64,000 bases of DNA from Candidatus Micrarchaeia archaeon (GCA_046331685.1 JAXLQI010000002.1:34630-98629), one strand, 5' to 3'. Shown: positions 36,290-47,400, counted from the stretch's first letter. Made by a program: numbers and translations. The notes: generated by a model not told the origin, from the sequence alone.

Positions 36290-37816
36290 GTGGCGCTGTG
36301 TAGCACCTGCATGAGCGAATCCTTGGGAGTCATCATAGCCGCCGAAGAATCCCCGTCGACTTCCGAATTCTCCTTCGTCGTCAAGGACCGGGGCGTAAAG
36401 AAAGGCCAGTTCGTATCCGTGCGCCATGGAAACGGCACGATGTTCGGCTTCGTCTCGGAAGTATTCAAATCCAACCGGTACTACGAGCGTGCGGAGAGCG
36501 TGGCTGAATTCGAGCGCACATCTGGGGTGGCATCACAGTTCCCCTCAGGCTCCTGGGAGTACACCATCGGCGCTGTCAAGATACTCGGCGTGTTCAGCGG
36601 CCGTTTCGAGCGGGCGTTCACCCCCCCGTCCCCGGGGGCGGAAGTGAAGATCGCAGACGCTTCGGTCCTGAAGGCTTTCCTCGGCTTCGACCCCGGGGGC
36701 CTCCACCTCGGGGCGATCGAGCACCACGACGTCGCCGCGGATATCTCTATGACGCGGCTCCTGCAGAAGCATTTCGCGATATTGGCGATGAGCGGCGCCG
36801 GCAAATCGCACCTTGCCAGCGTGCTGCTCGAGGAGCTTCTGGACAGGAAAGCCGAGCAGGGCCGGGTCGCGGTGATAATCATCGACATCCACGGCGAGTA
36901 CATCGGATTCGGCTTCGACCCGCATTACGGGGGCCGGACCAAGATAATCGACGGGGGCGAGATCTGCATCCCCCTCAAGAAAGTCCCGGCCGAGGCGCTG
37001 ATGGAATGGCTGCCCCACCTCTCATCGGTCCAGCGTGATGTCCTGCGACAGGTCGTCGCCGCCCTGCGGTCGGAGAAGAAAGACTCGAAAGGGTTCTCTT
37101 TCAAGGACCTCGAAGAAGCGGTCATGGCCTGCGACCAGGACGATAAGACCAAGCGGGCCCTCCGGCGCAGCCTTCACGAGCTCCGGCGATACCACTTCCT
37201 CTCCCCGAACGATGAGAAGCCACGCCTGGTATCAGACGTCTCCCCCGGCCGCCTCCTCGTCCTGGACTTCAGCACGATCGATTCGCTCCGCAAGAAGCAG
37301 ATCCTGGTCTCCCTGATGGCAAAGAGGCTTTTCCATCTCCGCAAGAAGAACATGATCCCGCCTTTCCTCCTCGTCATCGAGGAGGCCCATAATTTCGCCA
37401 GGGAGAAAGCCGAAGAGAGCGAAGCGGTTTCAAGGAGCATAATAGAGACAATCGCGAGGGAAGGGAGGAAATTCGGCGCTTCGCTCTGCCTCATCAGCCA
37501 GCGGCCGGTCAACCTCAGCACGACCGCCCTCTCCCAGTGCAACACCCACATCATACTGAGGGTGACGAACCCCAATGACCTCGACCATATCCAGATGAGC
37601 TCGGAGGGGATCGACTCGCGCGTAGCCAAAAGCATCACATCGCTGAAAGTCGGCGAAGCGATCATCGTCGGAGAGGCCGTGAACTACCCCCTCTTCATCA
37701 ACGTGCGCGACCGGAAATCGAAAAAGCGCGAGAGGGGGGCCCCGCTGCACATCCAGGCGATCGAGTTCGAGGAGAAAAGGGCGAAGAGGGAGAAGAACGC
37801 CGAATCCTTCATCTGA
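36290..37816 (+). CDS. HerA/FtsK-superfamily ATPase (DUF87-type, VirB4/HerA-like)
   Basis: 508 aa; Walker A 'AILAMSGAGKSHLAS' and Walker B-like 'LLVIEEAHNF'; N-terminal beta-barrel region typical of HerA. Confidence 0.7.
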   Translation: MALCSTCMSESLGVIIAAEESPSTSEFSFVVKDRGVKKGQFVSVRHGNGTMFGFVSEVFKSNRYYERAESVAEFERTSGVASQFPSGSWEYTIGAVKILGVFSGRFERAFTPPSPGAEVKIADASVLKAFLGFDPGGLHLGAIEHHDVAADISMTRLLQKHFAILAMSGAGKSHLASVLLEELLDRKAEQGRVAVIIIDIHGEYIGFGFDPHYGGRTKIIDGGEICIPLKKVPAEALMEWLPHLSSVQRDVLRQVVAALRSEKKDSKGFSFKDLEEAVMACDQDDKTKRALRRSLHELRRYHFLSPNDEKPRLVSDVSPGRLLVLDFSTIDSLRKKQILVSLMAKRLFHLRKKNMIPPFLLVIEEAHNFAREKAEESEAVSRSIIETIAREGRKFGASLCLISQRPVNLSTTALSQCNTHIILRVTNPNDLDHIQMSSEGIDSRVAKSITSLKVGEAIIVGEAVNYPLFINVRDRKSKKRERGAPLHIQAIEFEEKRAKREKNAESFI

Positions 37817-37854
37817 AGATGACGCTTTTTAATCCTTAATCCCGATATAGCGCC

Positions 37855-38661
37855 ATGCTCAAGCGGACCATCCTCGCGGCGATCCTACTCGTAACCCTGT
37901 CATCGGCCATCAACCTCGTATCCCCGGGGGTGAGCATAAAGAACGGCGATGTGATAGACCTCGGGACGATCGGGCCAGGCCAGACAGTGTCCATACTCAT
38001 CGACCCCAAAGTCTCGAGCGGCGGTATCCACGGGATCGGAGGGCGCTACGACCAGGCCGTCGCAGAAGACCTGCCCCGCGGATGGGCGAGCTCCGAGAGC
38101 AAGCTCTACCAGGACCCCCTCCAGCTCACGATAACCGCGGATCCGGATTCACCGGAAGGCAACTACACCGTGAGAGTCAAGGTCATAGACGAGAACGACG
38201 GGGAGAAGCTGGGGAACATCACATTCGATGTCAAGGTCAGGATCACATACGACGTCATGGATTTCGACGTTTCCCCCAAATACCTGAACGTCGGCCCGGG
38301 CCAGCCTGCCCGCTTCGCGATCACCATCACCAACAAAGGCTCGACGAGCGACGTCTTCTCGGTGAGCGCCGACGGCCCGAAGAGATGGATGTTCAGGAAA
38401 CCGGTCTTCGTCCCTGCCCAGAGCTCCAAGACCATCTATTACGAGATCGTGGCCACGGAGGAAGAGACATACAAAGCGACGGTGCGCGTCGTCTCGCTCG
38501 CGAGCAGGAACATCGGCGACGAGCAGAACGTGACCCTTTTCGTGGGCTCGGACGTCTTCGGCGACTACAGGTCGACCAACAACGGAGTCCTGGTCTTCCC
38601 TATCTTCGAGGCGCCGATCTATTCCCTCGCCGGGCTGATATCGAACCTCTTCCCCAAATGA
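37855..38661 (+). CDS. Secreted protein with CARDB/DUF11-like beta-sandwich repeats
   Basis: 268 aa; signal peptide; two Ig-like repeats ('GNYTVRVKVIDEN', 'ARFAITITNKGSTSDVFSVSADGP'). Confidence 0.45.
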   Translation: MLKRTILAAILLVTLSSAINLVSPGVSIKNGDVIDLGTIGPGQTVSILIDPKVSSGGIHGIGGRYDQAVAEDLPRGWASSESKLYQDPLQLTITADPDSPEGNYTVRVKVIDENDGEKLGNITFDVKVRITYDVMDFDVSPKYLNVGPGQPARFAITITNKGSTSDVFSVSADGPKRWMFRKPVFVPAQSSKTIYYEIVATEEETYKATVRVVSLASRNIGDEQNVTLFVGSDVFGDYRSTNNGVLVFPIFEAPIYSLAGLISNLFPK

Positions 38662-38691
38662 TAAAAAACGCTCTACACACTCTTATCCTCA

Positions 38692-40239
38692 ATGTCACGA
38701 AAGGAGGCCATCTCACGCATCATCGGGCGCATACTCAGCGGGGAGGCCGACATCGAGAAGATAAAGCGGGAATCCTCCAGGGAATTCAGCACGAGCTCTA
38801 TCATAACGAACCCTGAGATCATCGGGGCATTCCCCAAAGACCGGCTCGACGGCCGGATAAGGGAGCTGCTCCTCAAGAAGCCCGCGAAGACCCTCTCGGG
38901 CGTCACTCCCGTCGCCGTGATGATCAAGCCCCAGAGCTCCTGCAGATGGGGGTGCATCTACTGCCCTTACACGGGCCTGGCGGCGAAAAGCTATACCGGG
39001 TTCGAGCCTGCGGCTCTCCGGGGCAGACAGTTCGGATTCGACCCCTACATGCAGGCATCCAGCCGTGTCAGGCAGTACGAAGGAGGGGGGCACCCGACCG
39101 ACAAATGCGAGGTGATCGTGATGGGCGGCACCTTCCTGGAGATGGACCAGGGATACAAATCATCATTCATCAAAGGCATCTACGACGGGCTGAACGGCTT
39201 CCGGTCCGAGACCCTGGTCCGCTCCATCGAGAACAACGAAAAGAACCGGAAGCACCGTGTGGTCGGCCTCACTATCGAGACGCGGCCGGACGTATGCACA
39301 GACCACATAGGCGAGATGCTCTCATACGGGGCCACCCGGGTGGAGCTGGGGGTCCAGCATGCGGATGACGGCATATATAAGACGATCAACCGCGGCCACA
39401 CCGTGAAAGACGTCACCGACTCCACAAGAGAGCTGAAAGACGCCGCCTTCAAAGTCCTCTACCATATAATGCCCGGGCTCCCTGGCTCGGACCGCGGGAA
39501 AGACATCGAATCCTCCAGGCGCCTCTTCGAGGACGAAAGCCTCAGGCCAGACATGCTGAAGATCTACCCAACCCTTGTCGTCGGAGGGACGGTCCTGAAG
39601 AAGATGATGGACGAAGGGAGATACACCCCGTATTCCAGCGAGGAAGCAGCCGATGTCATCTCCGAATTCTACCGTCATATACCGAAATACGTCAGGGTGA
39701 TGAGGATACAGCGCGATATACCCGCCGACAGGATAGACCGGGGAGTGAAGAAGAGCAACCTGAGGGAGATGGTCGAGCAGAGGATCAGGGAGAAAGGGAT
39801 AAGGCCGATGGAGATCCGGTGCCGCGAAGTCGGGGTCTCCAGGAGAAAGGCGGTCGACATGGAGGGATTCCGCATCGAGAGGATGGATTACCGGGCGAGC
39901 AAGGGAAAGGAGACCTTCCTCTCCTACGAGAATGAATCCGGGCTCGTCGCCGGCTTCATACGCCTCCGCATCCCGGGGGAGGGGAGAAGGCCGGAGATAA
40001 CGCCAGGGACAGCCCTGATCCGCGAGCTGCACATCTATGGATCAGAAGTCCCGATCGAAGGCGACGGGAAGGTACAGCACCGCGGCCTCGGGATGAACCT
40101 GCTCAAAGAGGCCGAATCGAACGCCCGCGACCTTGGCATGACGAAGATGGTCATAATAAGCGGTGTCGGAGTCCGCGAATACTACCGCAGGCACGGATAT
40201 GGGCTGGAAGGCCCCTACATGGCCAAAAGGCTATCCTGA
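38692..40239 (+). CDS. elp3: Elongator subunit 3 homolog (radical-SAM plus GNAT; tRNA U34 carboxymethyl-transferase)
   Basis: 515 aa; radical-SAM cluster motif 'CRWGCIYC'; C-terminal GNAT/HAT domain ('HRGLGMNLLKEAE'). Confidence 0.95.
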   Translation: MSRKEAISRIIGRILSGEADIEKIKRESSREFSTSSIITNPEIIGAFPKDRLDGRIRELLLKKPAKTLSGVTPVAVMIKPQSSCRWGCIYCPYTGLAAKSYTGFEPAALRGRQFGFDPYMQASSRVRQYEGGGHPTDKCEVIVMGGTFLEMDQGYKSSFIKGIYDGLNGFRSETLVRSIENNEKNRKHRVVGLTIETRPDVCTDHIGEMLSYGATRVELGVQHADDGIYKTINRGHTVKDVTDSTRELKDAAFKVLYHIMPGLPGSDRGKDIESSRRLFEDESLRPDMLKIYPTLVVGGTVLKKMMDEGRYTPYSSEEAADVISEFYRHIPKYVRVMRIQRDIPADRIDRGVKKSNLREMVEQRIREKGIRPMEIRCREVGVSRRKAVDMEGFRIERMDYRASKGKETFLSYENESGLVAGFIRLRIPGEGRRPEITPGTALIRELHIYGSEVPIEGDGKVQHRGLGMNLLKEAESNARDLGMTKMVIISGVGVREYYRRHGYGLEGPYMAKRLS

Positions 40240-41052
40240 TGTCTTGAGGGAAAGCTTCTCTTCATCGTTGAACTGGCGCAGGATCTCATCCTGCTGCTTG
40301 AGCAGATCGAGATACTCCTTCTGCAGTCCCGCGAACCCGGCCTCTTCCTCGTCGCTGAAGGTCCGGATCTGCCGCTCAGCGTTCCGGAGCTGGATGACCG
40401 TGTTGATCGCATGGATCTTCTTAAGGTTCTCCTCGAGCAGCTTCTTCCCCTCCTCGCTGATCCACACCTGCCGGTTCGACACTTCCAGACGGACCTCACG
40501 CGCGCCTTCCTGCTCCGCGGCCCTCAGCTCTCCGGATACGGATTCGCATGAAATCCCGCACCTGCGCAGGCACCGCGCCAGGCTGTTCGCTGCATTCTCG
40601 TCGAGAGGGGAAAGCCCTATCGGGCCGGCCAACGCCCCCGAAGATACGGCGGCGGAAAGCTCCTGCCTCTCTTTGGCCCCTAATCCTGATGCCAGAATGG
40701 ATATCTTCGCTATCTCCAGCCTGTTCTCGAAATTCCTTTTGACGATGAATCCGCGCTCCCGCAGTATCTCATACACCCTGCCGTCGCGCACCTTCATCGC
40801 CTCCCTGACGGAGTCAGGCGGGAACTCATCAAGGGTTTTGCCGAGCTCATCCAGCTTCTTGAGGCAGGGTATCATGATCTCTATCCCGGCAGCACTGATC
40901 TTCGATGATATCTCCGATGCGTTCTGGGAGACCGCCTTCGATTCGGCATCTTCGGTGCCGTACACCCTCCTCTTGAATTCGAATTCAGCCCTTTTTTTGT
41001 TTAGCTCTAAAAGTCTTGAGATCTCTCTGGCCGTTATTTCCATGTTTCCCAC
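40231..41052 (-). CDS. Hypothetical coiled-coil-rich protein
   Basis: 273 aa; charged, helical; no family recognised; overlaps elp3 end by 9 nt, on the other strand. Confidence 0.4.
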   Translation of the reverse strand: MGNMEITAREISRLLELNKKRAEFEFKRRVYGTEDAESKAVSQNASEISSKISAAGIEIMIPCLKKLDELGKTLDEFPPDSVREAMKVRDGRVYEILRERGFIVKRNFENRLEIAKISILASGLGAKERQELSAAVSSGALAGPIGLSPLDENAANSLARCLRRCGISCESVSGELRAAEQEGAREVRLEVSNRQVWISEEGKKLLEENLKKIHAINTVIQLRNAERQIRTFSDEEEAGFAGLQKEYLDLLKQQDEILRQFNDEEKLSLKTSG

Positions 41053-42679
41053 TTGTCAACAATAATACCACGACAATCAATAAAAAGATTGAGATGATGG
41101 CCGCTGCGTATATCAGAGCGGTGTCATCCCTCGCAGGGCTCTCTTCCGCAGGCTGGGGCCTGGCCGCTGCCAGCCCCTTCATCCGAAGGGTGTCATCCTC
41201 TATCGCAATCGCATACCTCTCGGTCTGGAGCGCCGGGCTGGTGAGGTTCTGGGCATAGAGGAAAGCCGCATGGGACTCGTATACGCTGCCCCAAAGGGAG
41301 GCCTTCCTGCCGCCTATCGCGCTTTCGTTGCCGGGATCCACAGCCCCACCTTCTGTCTGGAGGACGTATTCCGCGTCATAGATCGCCGCTCCGAACTGGC
41401 CCTTGTCGAACGATCCGGAAGCGGAATTCAGCTTCGATGCCGTATCAGTGGCCGTCGTGCCCTTGAGCCGCGCCTGCCTGATCTTCTGCTCGGCGAGGGG
41501 TTTCCATGCCCCCTCATCCACCGGCGTACCCCCTGCCGGAGCCGCCGCGACCAGTCCCTTCGCGACATCGCACCACATCTGCGCGTACATGAGATCGTTG
41601 AAGACGACGAACCTCTCATCAGCGGTCCGCGTCTGCGATGCGTCTATCGAATTCAGGCGTTCGTAAGCCCATTGGATGCGCTGGTCGGCTCCGATCACCC
41701 ATTCGTAGTTGCGATCGGTGAGAGCGGGCCTCTTTATCCCCGTGAGGCATTTGCCTATCTCGCCCTTTGTGCGGGCCAGGTCGGCCGAGCCGTTGAGGAC
41801 TATCTTTATGCTGGACAGGTCGATGTTGTTGAGGAAGGCTTCGTTTGCCGCGCTGAAATAATATCCGCCCGCGGCGATCGCCTTCTGCCTCTTGACCTCA
41901 TTATCAAAGTAATCCCTGATCGCCTTGGTATCCTCATGGCCGTCCGAGATGGACGCGGTGAGGTTCCGCTCGTTCTCTATCATGCTCTCGGCGAGCGGGG
42001 CGAGCGCTTTCGATGCACCCGCATCATAGCCCGGCAGGGCGGGTATCTCCCTATTCCGGACGACCAGCCCGTCCTGCTCTATGCTCTTGTTCTCGGTCAT
42101 GAAACCTATGACCTCCTGCACCTTCCGTGCCTGGAGGACCTTGATCCCGTAGTCCTTCTCTATGTCCCTCAGGAGGAGCATCTCGTAGAAGCTCTCCTCC
42201 GGGGTGATGAAATACCTGGCGTGGACGCTCGCGGCGCCTTTGGCCTTCTCGAGCAGGCCCCCCACTGCCCCGACGTTGCCTGCCTTGTCTATGGTGCCGG
42301 TGATTATAGTGTCGTTCCGGAGCTGCCTGCCTTCGATCAGGGCATATGTCATGACCGTGAGCGCGGTGCCGGCGCTTGGTCCGTCGATGAGGTCGGTGGT
42401 CGGCTTCGCTCCGAAGTCCACCAGCACGTCGCAGTCCCCGCCCCCGTTCGCGAGCTTGTATGCGTAAAAGGCCGCCTGCTCGACCGAATCCTGCGTGCTC
42501 GTGCCGGTCCGCGGGAATACACTTACGAAAGCAGTGCCGTGCCCCGGGACGAGATCTATGGTCACATTGACCAGGCCGCCGCCATCGCCGACAACAGCCG
42601 GCACGTATCCTGAGATCGAGCCCTGGCACTGGGCCATAGCAAGCGAGATGAATGCGATTAGGAGGAGAAAAAAACGCAT
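40985..42679 (-). CDS. Signal-peptide protein with Lon-type S16 proteolytic domain and C-terminal TM anchor
   Basis: Signal peptide ('MRFFLLLIAFISLAMAQC'); S16 catalytic serine context 'LIDGPSAGTALTVMTYALIEG' and downstream Lys ('TGTIDKAGNVGAVGGLLEKAKGA'); C-terminal TM 'IISIFLLIVVVLLLT' plus basic tail. Confidence 0.55.
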   Translation of the reverse strand: MRFFLLLIAFISLAMAQCQGSISGYVPAVVGDGGGLVNVTIDLVPGHGTAFVSVFPRTGTSTQDSVEQAAFYAYKLANGGGDCDVLVDFGAKPTTDLIDGPSAGTALTVMTYALIEGRQLRNDTIITGTIDKAGNVGAVGGLLEKAKGAASVHARYFITPEESFYEMLLLRDIEKDYGIKVLQARKVQEVIGFMTENKSIEQDGLVVRNREIPALPGYDAGASKALAPLAESMIENERNLTASISDGHEDTKAIRDYFDNEVKRQKAIAAGGYYFSAANEAFLNNIDLSSIKIVLNGSADLARTKGEIGKCLTGIKRPALTDRNYEWVIGADQRIQWAYERLNSIDASQTRTADERFVVFNDLMYAQMWCDVAKGLVAAAPAGGTPVDEGAWKPLAEQKIRQARLKGTTATDTASKLNSASGSFDKGQFGAAIYDAEYVLQTEGGAVDPGNESAIGGRKASLWGSVYESHAAFLYAQNLTSPALQTERYAIAIEDDTLRMKGLAAARPQPAEESPARDDTALIYAAAIISIFLLIVVVLLLTSGKHGNNGQRDLKTFRAKQKKG

Positions 42680-42731
42680 GCCTTTTTTTCTCTGGCTACC
42701 TTAATAAAGTATTGCTTGGAAATATAATATC

Positions 42732-43454
42732 ATGGATAAAGCCCTAGAACGCAAACTTACGAGCCTGCGGAAGAACATCAGGAAACTCGACAGCGCCCTC
42801 GTCGCATTCTCCGGCGGAGTCGACAGCACCTTCCTCACCCGCATCTGCCGGGAAGAGCTCGGCGAGAAAGCGGTGGCCGTCACCACATTATCCTCATCCT
42901 ACCCCCGCTCAGAGCTCTCTCTCGCACGGAGGGTAGCCAAGATCGTCGGAGTGAAACACGTGGTCGTGGACCCGTCGAACGGATCATCAGGGTCCAGGGA
43001 CATGTGCCGGGGCTCAAACATATACAGCTGCCTCAAAAGCGTCGCCATGAGGATGAAAGTGAATAATGTCCTCGACGGCTCCCATATGGATGACGCATCA
43101 GAGAAAGGCAATAGCTTCCTCGCCGCGAAAAAGGCGGGCATAAAGAGCCCCCTCCTGGAATCCGACCTGACGAAAGCCGAGATCAGGCTGCTCGCCAAGG
43201 AGTTCGGCCTCCCCAACTGGGACAAGCCGGAATCCTCCTCATCCAGATCGAGGAACAAGCCGAGCAAGACCGAAGCCGCCAAGAACTTCATCAAAGGCTT
43301 CGGGAGCGGGGCGAGCCTGGAGGCGAGCGGAAGCAAGGCGGTCATCTCCGGGAGCAAGGCCGTGATCTCATCGCTCGCCAAGAACATCGAGTCTATCGAG
43401 AAGAAGCTCAAGTCGCTGGGATTCTCAGAAGTGATGCTCAAGCTGTCTACCTGA
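42732..43454 (+). CDS. PP-loop superfamily ATPase (LarE/TIGR00268-like)
   Basis: 'VAFSGGVDSTFL' PP-loop and a LarE-like 'LP.WDKP' region. C-terminal part is low-complexity and Ser/Lys-rich, so the gene may be damaged. Confidence 0.5.
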   Translation: MDKALERKLTSLRKNIRKLDSALVAFSGGVDSTFLTRICREELGEKAVAVTTLSSSYPRSELSLARRVAKIVGVKHVVVDPSNGSSGSRDMCRGSNIYSCLKSVAMRMKVNNVLDGSHMDDASEKGNSFLAAKKAGIKSPLLESDLTKAEIRLLAKEFGLPNWDKPESSSSRSRNKPSKTEAAKNFIKGFGSGASLEASGSKAVISGSKAVISSLAKNIESIEKKLKSLGFSEVMLKLST

Positions 43455-43475
43455 AGGGCTTCATCCTCGTCCCCC

Positions 43476-44051
43476 TCAGGCCACTTTCTTGAATGCGAGG
43501 ATCCCCTTCTCTGTCCTGAAGAACTCATATCCCTCGGACAGGTAGAGCTTCTCCAGCGCGCTTCCGGCCTCGGTGATATAATCGGCTATGTTCCCCTTAG
43601 GGATATCCTCATAGAGATAGCCGATCGTGTATCTGAGGCCTGAATCGACGGCTTCCTTCTCGCGCTCGGAGAGGAGGATCCTGCGGATGCCCCTGCCCTC
43701 GTAGGCGAGGAGGACGGCCGGGTCTTCCAGATACAGGGCGTTTGGCTCGCCGCTCATTATCCTTTTGGTATCAAGATCGACCTTGGCAGGCCAGGCGAGG
43801 CCCACCCCGACGAGCATCCGGTTGACGGTCGCTCCGAAGCTCTTGCCGTAAGCGACTATATTGCTGACCTCGACCTCGGTCACGTCGAAAGCGCATTTGC
43901 GCATCACTTTGACGCAGTTCTCGATGTCCTCAGGGTCGTTCGCGTCCAGCCTCTTGACCTCGACCTCTTCTTCATCGAGAAGATGGACGAACTTTTTTTT
44001 CGGGGCTTCCGCCTCCTGCTTCTTCTCGGTTTGCTTGAAAGACTCGACCAT
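43476..44051 (-). CDS. GNAT-like acetyltransferase fold protein
   Basis: 191 aa; 'LAYEGRGIRRILL' motif A-like; last gene of the long minus-strand operon. Confidence 0.45.
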   Translation of the reverse strand: MVESFKQTEKKQEAEAPKKKFVHLLDEEEVEVKRLDANDPEDIENCVKVMRKCAFDVTEVEVSNIVAYGKSFGATVNRMLVGVGLAWPAKVDLDTKRIMSGEPNALYLEDPAVLLAYEGRGIRRILLSEREKEAVDSGLRYTIGYLYEDIPKGNIADYITEAGSALEKLYLSEGYEFFRTEKGILAFKKVA

Positions 44052-44057
44052 ATCCCT

Positions 44058-44399
44058 TCACATGAACCGCGTATTGCATGCCGGGCACTGTGTCAGCATG
44101 GCTTCCATCTTGTACCCGCAGATAGGACATACATAAAAGGTTTTATTAGCCCTCTCTAATTCGGCCTCGAAGTTGTACCGGCATTTGGTGCAGCTTTTCA
44201 CGTCGAGCTCGTTCAGCGTCTGGCATTTCGGGCACTTCCTCCTGAACATGCTCTTGACGCGGATCCCGCACTTGGGGCAGCGCGCCATGCTCAGGTTTAT
44301 CGTCTCCCCGCAGTTCGGGCACTTCTGGACCTGCCCTTTGCGGTCCGACGAGGCACCGGGCCCGTGCATGAAGTTCTTCAGGACGTCTCCGATCCCCAT
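44058..44399 (-). CDS. Multi-zinc-ribbon protein
   Basis: 113 aa with six CxxC pairs ('CPNCG','CPKCG','CPKCQ','CTKCR','CPICG','CPACN'). Confidence 0.6.
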   Translation of the reverse strand: MGIGDVLKNFMHGPGASSDRKGQVQKCPNCGETINLSMARCPKCGIRVKSMFRRKCPKCQTLNELDVKSCTKCRYNFEAELERANKTFYVCPICGYKMEAMLTQCPACNTRFM

Positions 44400-44400
44400 G

Positions 44401-47400
44401 TCATCCGCTCAGCGTGCAGCTCACGTCGTAATCCTTCAGGGGTATCGGGACATTGCAGAAAGTCTGGGCCTTCTCAATGGACCGGATATCGGCATTGAGG
44501 CCGCAGTCGACCTCCTGGTCGCCGATCTTCGAGAAGGCGATCGGCTTGTTGACCTGGTTCGAGGTGGATTTCTTGACATAGCTGTACCTGCGGCCGCCCT
44601 GGTCCTCGAGGCAGCATTTGCTGGTCCGTGGGATCCCACCGATTATGTCGAGGTAGACGTCGGAGCTCAGGTCGGTCATGCTGCCGTTCCTGGCCTCGAC
44701 CGTGCCGTTCGCGTAAGAGAAGGTGCAGTCATAGGTCCCGGGAAGGTCCTTGCACAGCGGGCAGCGGCTTCCGGCCGGGTCGTCCACGACCGTGTTCTCC
44801 GGGCATCTGAAGCTCCCCTTGATATCAGCCTCGGAGAACCCTGCCGGGGGGACGCATTTGATCGCGTCGTCGCATTTGAGGGCATCGTCGTTGCATAGGC
44901 CCTGAGCCTTCTCGAGGCTGCTGCAGGGCACGCACTCGGATACGTTGACAGCGTTCGTGAGCTGGTAGACCGCGATGGGCGGGGAGGACGTCATCCTCTG
45001 CATCGCCTTCTCGAGGGCGCACATCTTCGAGTTGGAGGTCCCGATGCCGCCGTTCACATCCTCGAGGCCTATCGCAGGGCCTTTGATGGTGCTCGGGGGT
45101 ATGATGAGCTCGAACTGCCTCGCCGGCGAATAGATTATCCCGGTGAGCCCGGCCTTGATCAGCTGGTCCTGGTCGAGCACGATCGCATCGAACAGGGCTG
45201 TCTGCTTGTCGCGGGTGTTCCAGATCGAGTCAGCGCTGTCCAGGTTGAGGCCCACCACCATCGTGGGCTTGCCGTATTTCTGGAGGATCGCGAGCGAATA
45301 ACCATAGATCGAGTCGGCGATGTACTGGCTGTAGTTGGCGGTGAGATTGGCGGAAGGGTCGAGCGATGTCACGTACGCGCCGAATGCAGGCAGCTCGCCC
45401 GTGTGCGAGCTGATCGCATAGTCGTATGTGACCATGTCCACGGAGAATTTCGTGTTCAGGTTGGTGGTGAACACCCCTCCTGCCGTGTCGGAGAGGCTCT
45501 GGTTGCTCGCAGCGCCGGTGACGTGGAACGCGGTCAGGCATCCGAAGCACCTGCTGTGGATCAATGCGCTCCGGTCCCCTATCTCGGTGGCCTTGTCAGA
45601 CGCATCGCTCGCGTTCGCCACGCGGTCCACTATGACCACGGCCGCGCCCGTGTTCCCGACGAGCCTCTGGAAGTCATACTCATCGAGCTTCTCGTTCCAG
45701 TTCGAGGCGTCGCTCAGGTCGAGCACAGGCATGACGCCGGCTTTCATGTAGTTCCCGAACCTCTCCTTGAGGACGCTCGCCTCAGGGACGGTCCGCGGGC
45801 CGGGAGGCTTCGCTCCGTCCTCGACGCTGAAGTCGTTCGCGTCGGTGATGAGATTATTGGCGCACCGCAGCTCGTTCGATCTTCCAACGCAGATCTTCCT
45901 CTGGAGGGGGGTCAGGTCCACGGTCCCGCCGTTGTCCACATTGCCGATCCCAAGGGGCACGTAAGTGTCGTTCGTTGCGGTTATGGTCTGGTACGCCAGC
46001 GTGGATGTCGTGCAGGGTTCGCACCAGCCGTACGTCCTGATCTTCGGCATGCCCGACGCGGCATCGAGGGCGCATTTGCCGATCTTCTGGTTGTTGTTGT
46101 CATAGAACAGCACGATATACTTGCTGTAGAGGATGTCGTAAGTAGGCTTCACCCCTTCTGCCCAGAAGTAATAGTTCTTATCCTCGTCATCGTTGTGATG
46201 GTACGGGTTGACGTAATATCCTGAGTTGAGGCCGCGGAGCGCGCAGAGCGAAGCCTCGCTCGCCGAAGTGTATGTCTCGCTGAACCTGTTGATCTTCCTC
46301 TCCCCGATAGCGATCTCGTTCGCGAGGAGGAAGTTCGATGCCCCGCCTCCCATGTACGGCTGGACCGGGTGCGGGCGCTTATCCACGTTGATGACCCAGG
46401 GAAGGCCGGTGAAGAAGAAATCATAGAAATACGACCGTGCCTGGACGGGCGCATCATCGTAAAGCTTGCCTGCATCGGCTCCGCAGTCGTCTCCTGTCGA
46501 GATCGCCTTCATGCCGCTGAACCTGCTCCTGAAGTATCCTGTGAAAACGTCCTTGAGCGGGCCCCACTGCGTCGGGTCGTTGGGCACAGCGACGATATCA
46601 TAATCCACCCCTCCCCCCACCATCTCGCAGTTCTTCACGACAAGCAGGTTTTTCACGTCGCTCTGGGTGGCTAGCGCGTACCCTATGACCTTGCGTCCAT
46701 TATATGTCGCCTGCGGCTCCACGTTGCCGAAGAACAGCGCTCCTCCGGCCGGCGGGCCGTTCGACACTTCGGCGAAATTATTGTTCCAGCTGCCATCAGT
46801 GTAGTTATACCAGTAGAGATAGGTCGAGGCGGTGTTCGTTATGTCCCCGACATCGGTGGATTTCTTCGCCTGGGTGAAATACGAGCTGCTCATCACGTTC
46901 GGGCAGTTGACCTGCCAGCCGTCGTTGCCCCCGCCGAAGTAGTAGGCGCCCGAATATATGTAATTGACGAAGCTGTCCAGGTGGTTCGAATCGAATATGC
47001 CGCACAAACCGTCCCCTCCCTCGACCCAGGACTGCCCGTCGAAGTGCGTGGTCCTCGCCGATACCTTGGCGTATTTCCGGTTCGGGGCGGTGTTGGGGCC
47101 GGTCAGGGTGACGTTCACCGTGGGCGCGCAGATGATCTTCGTCGTCCTGCTTTCGTCGGTGTAGCTTTCGCAGTCGGTGACGACCTCCTGCGACTGGCCG
47201 CTCTCGTCCTGGGGCGTCAGCATCACCACCCTGTTGTATGTGGTCGTGCCGCATATCCCTGAGAAGCACTCCGTCGAAGCGACGTCGCATTCGAATGGCG
47301 CCCGCGTCGTGTTCTTCTTGACCGGGTTCAGCCCGTAGACCGTGTCGGCATGCGCGATCGACAGCCATTTCTTGTAGAAGCTGTCGTCGATCTTCTTGTT

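Noticed and set aside
41270-42613. 447-aa plus-strand ORF opposite the S16 protease gene
   Set aside because: R/L/G-rich antisense artefact. The minus-strand frame contains the Lon S16 motifs.
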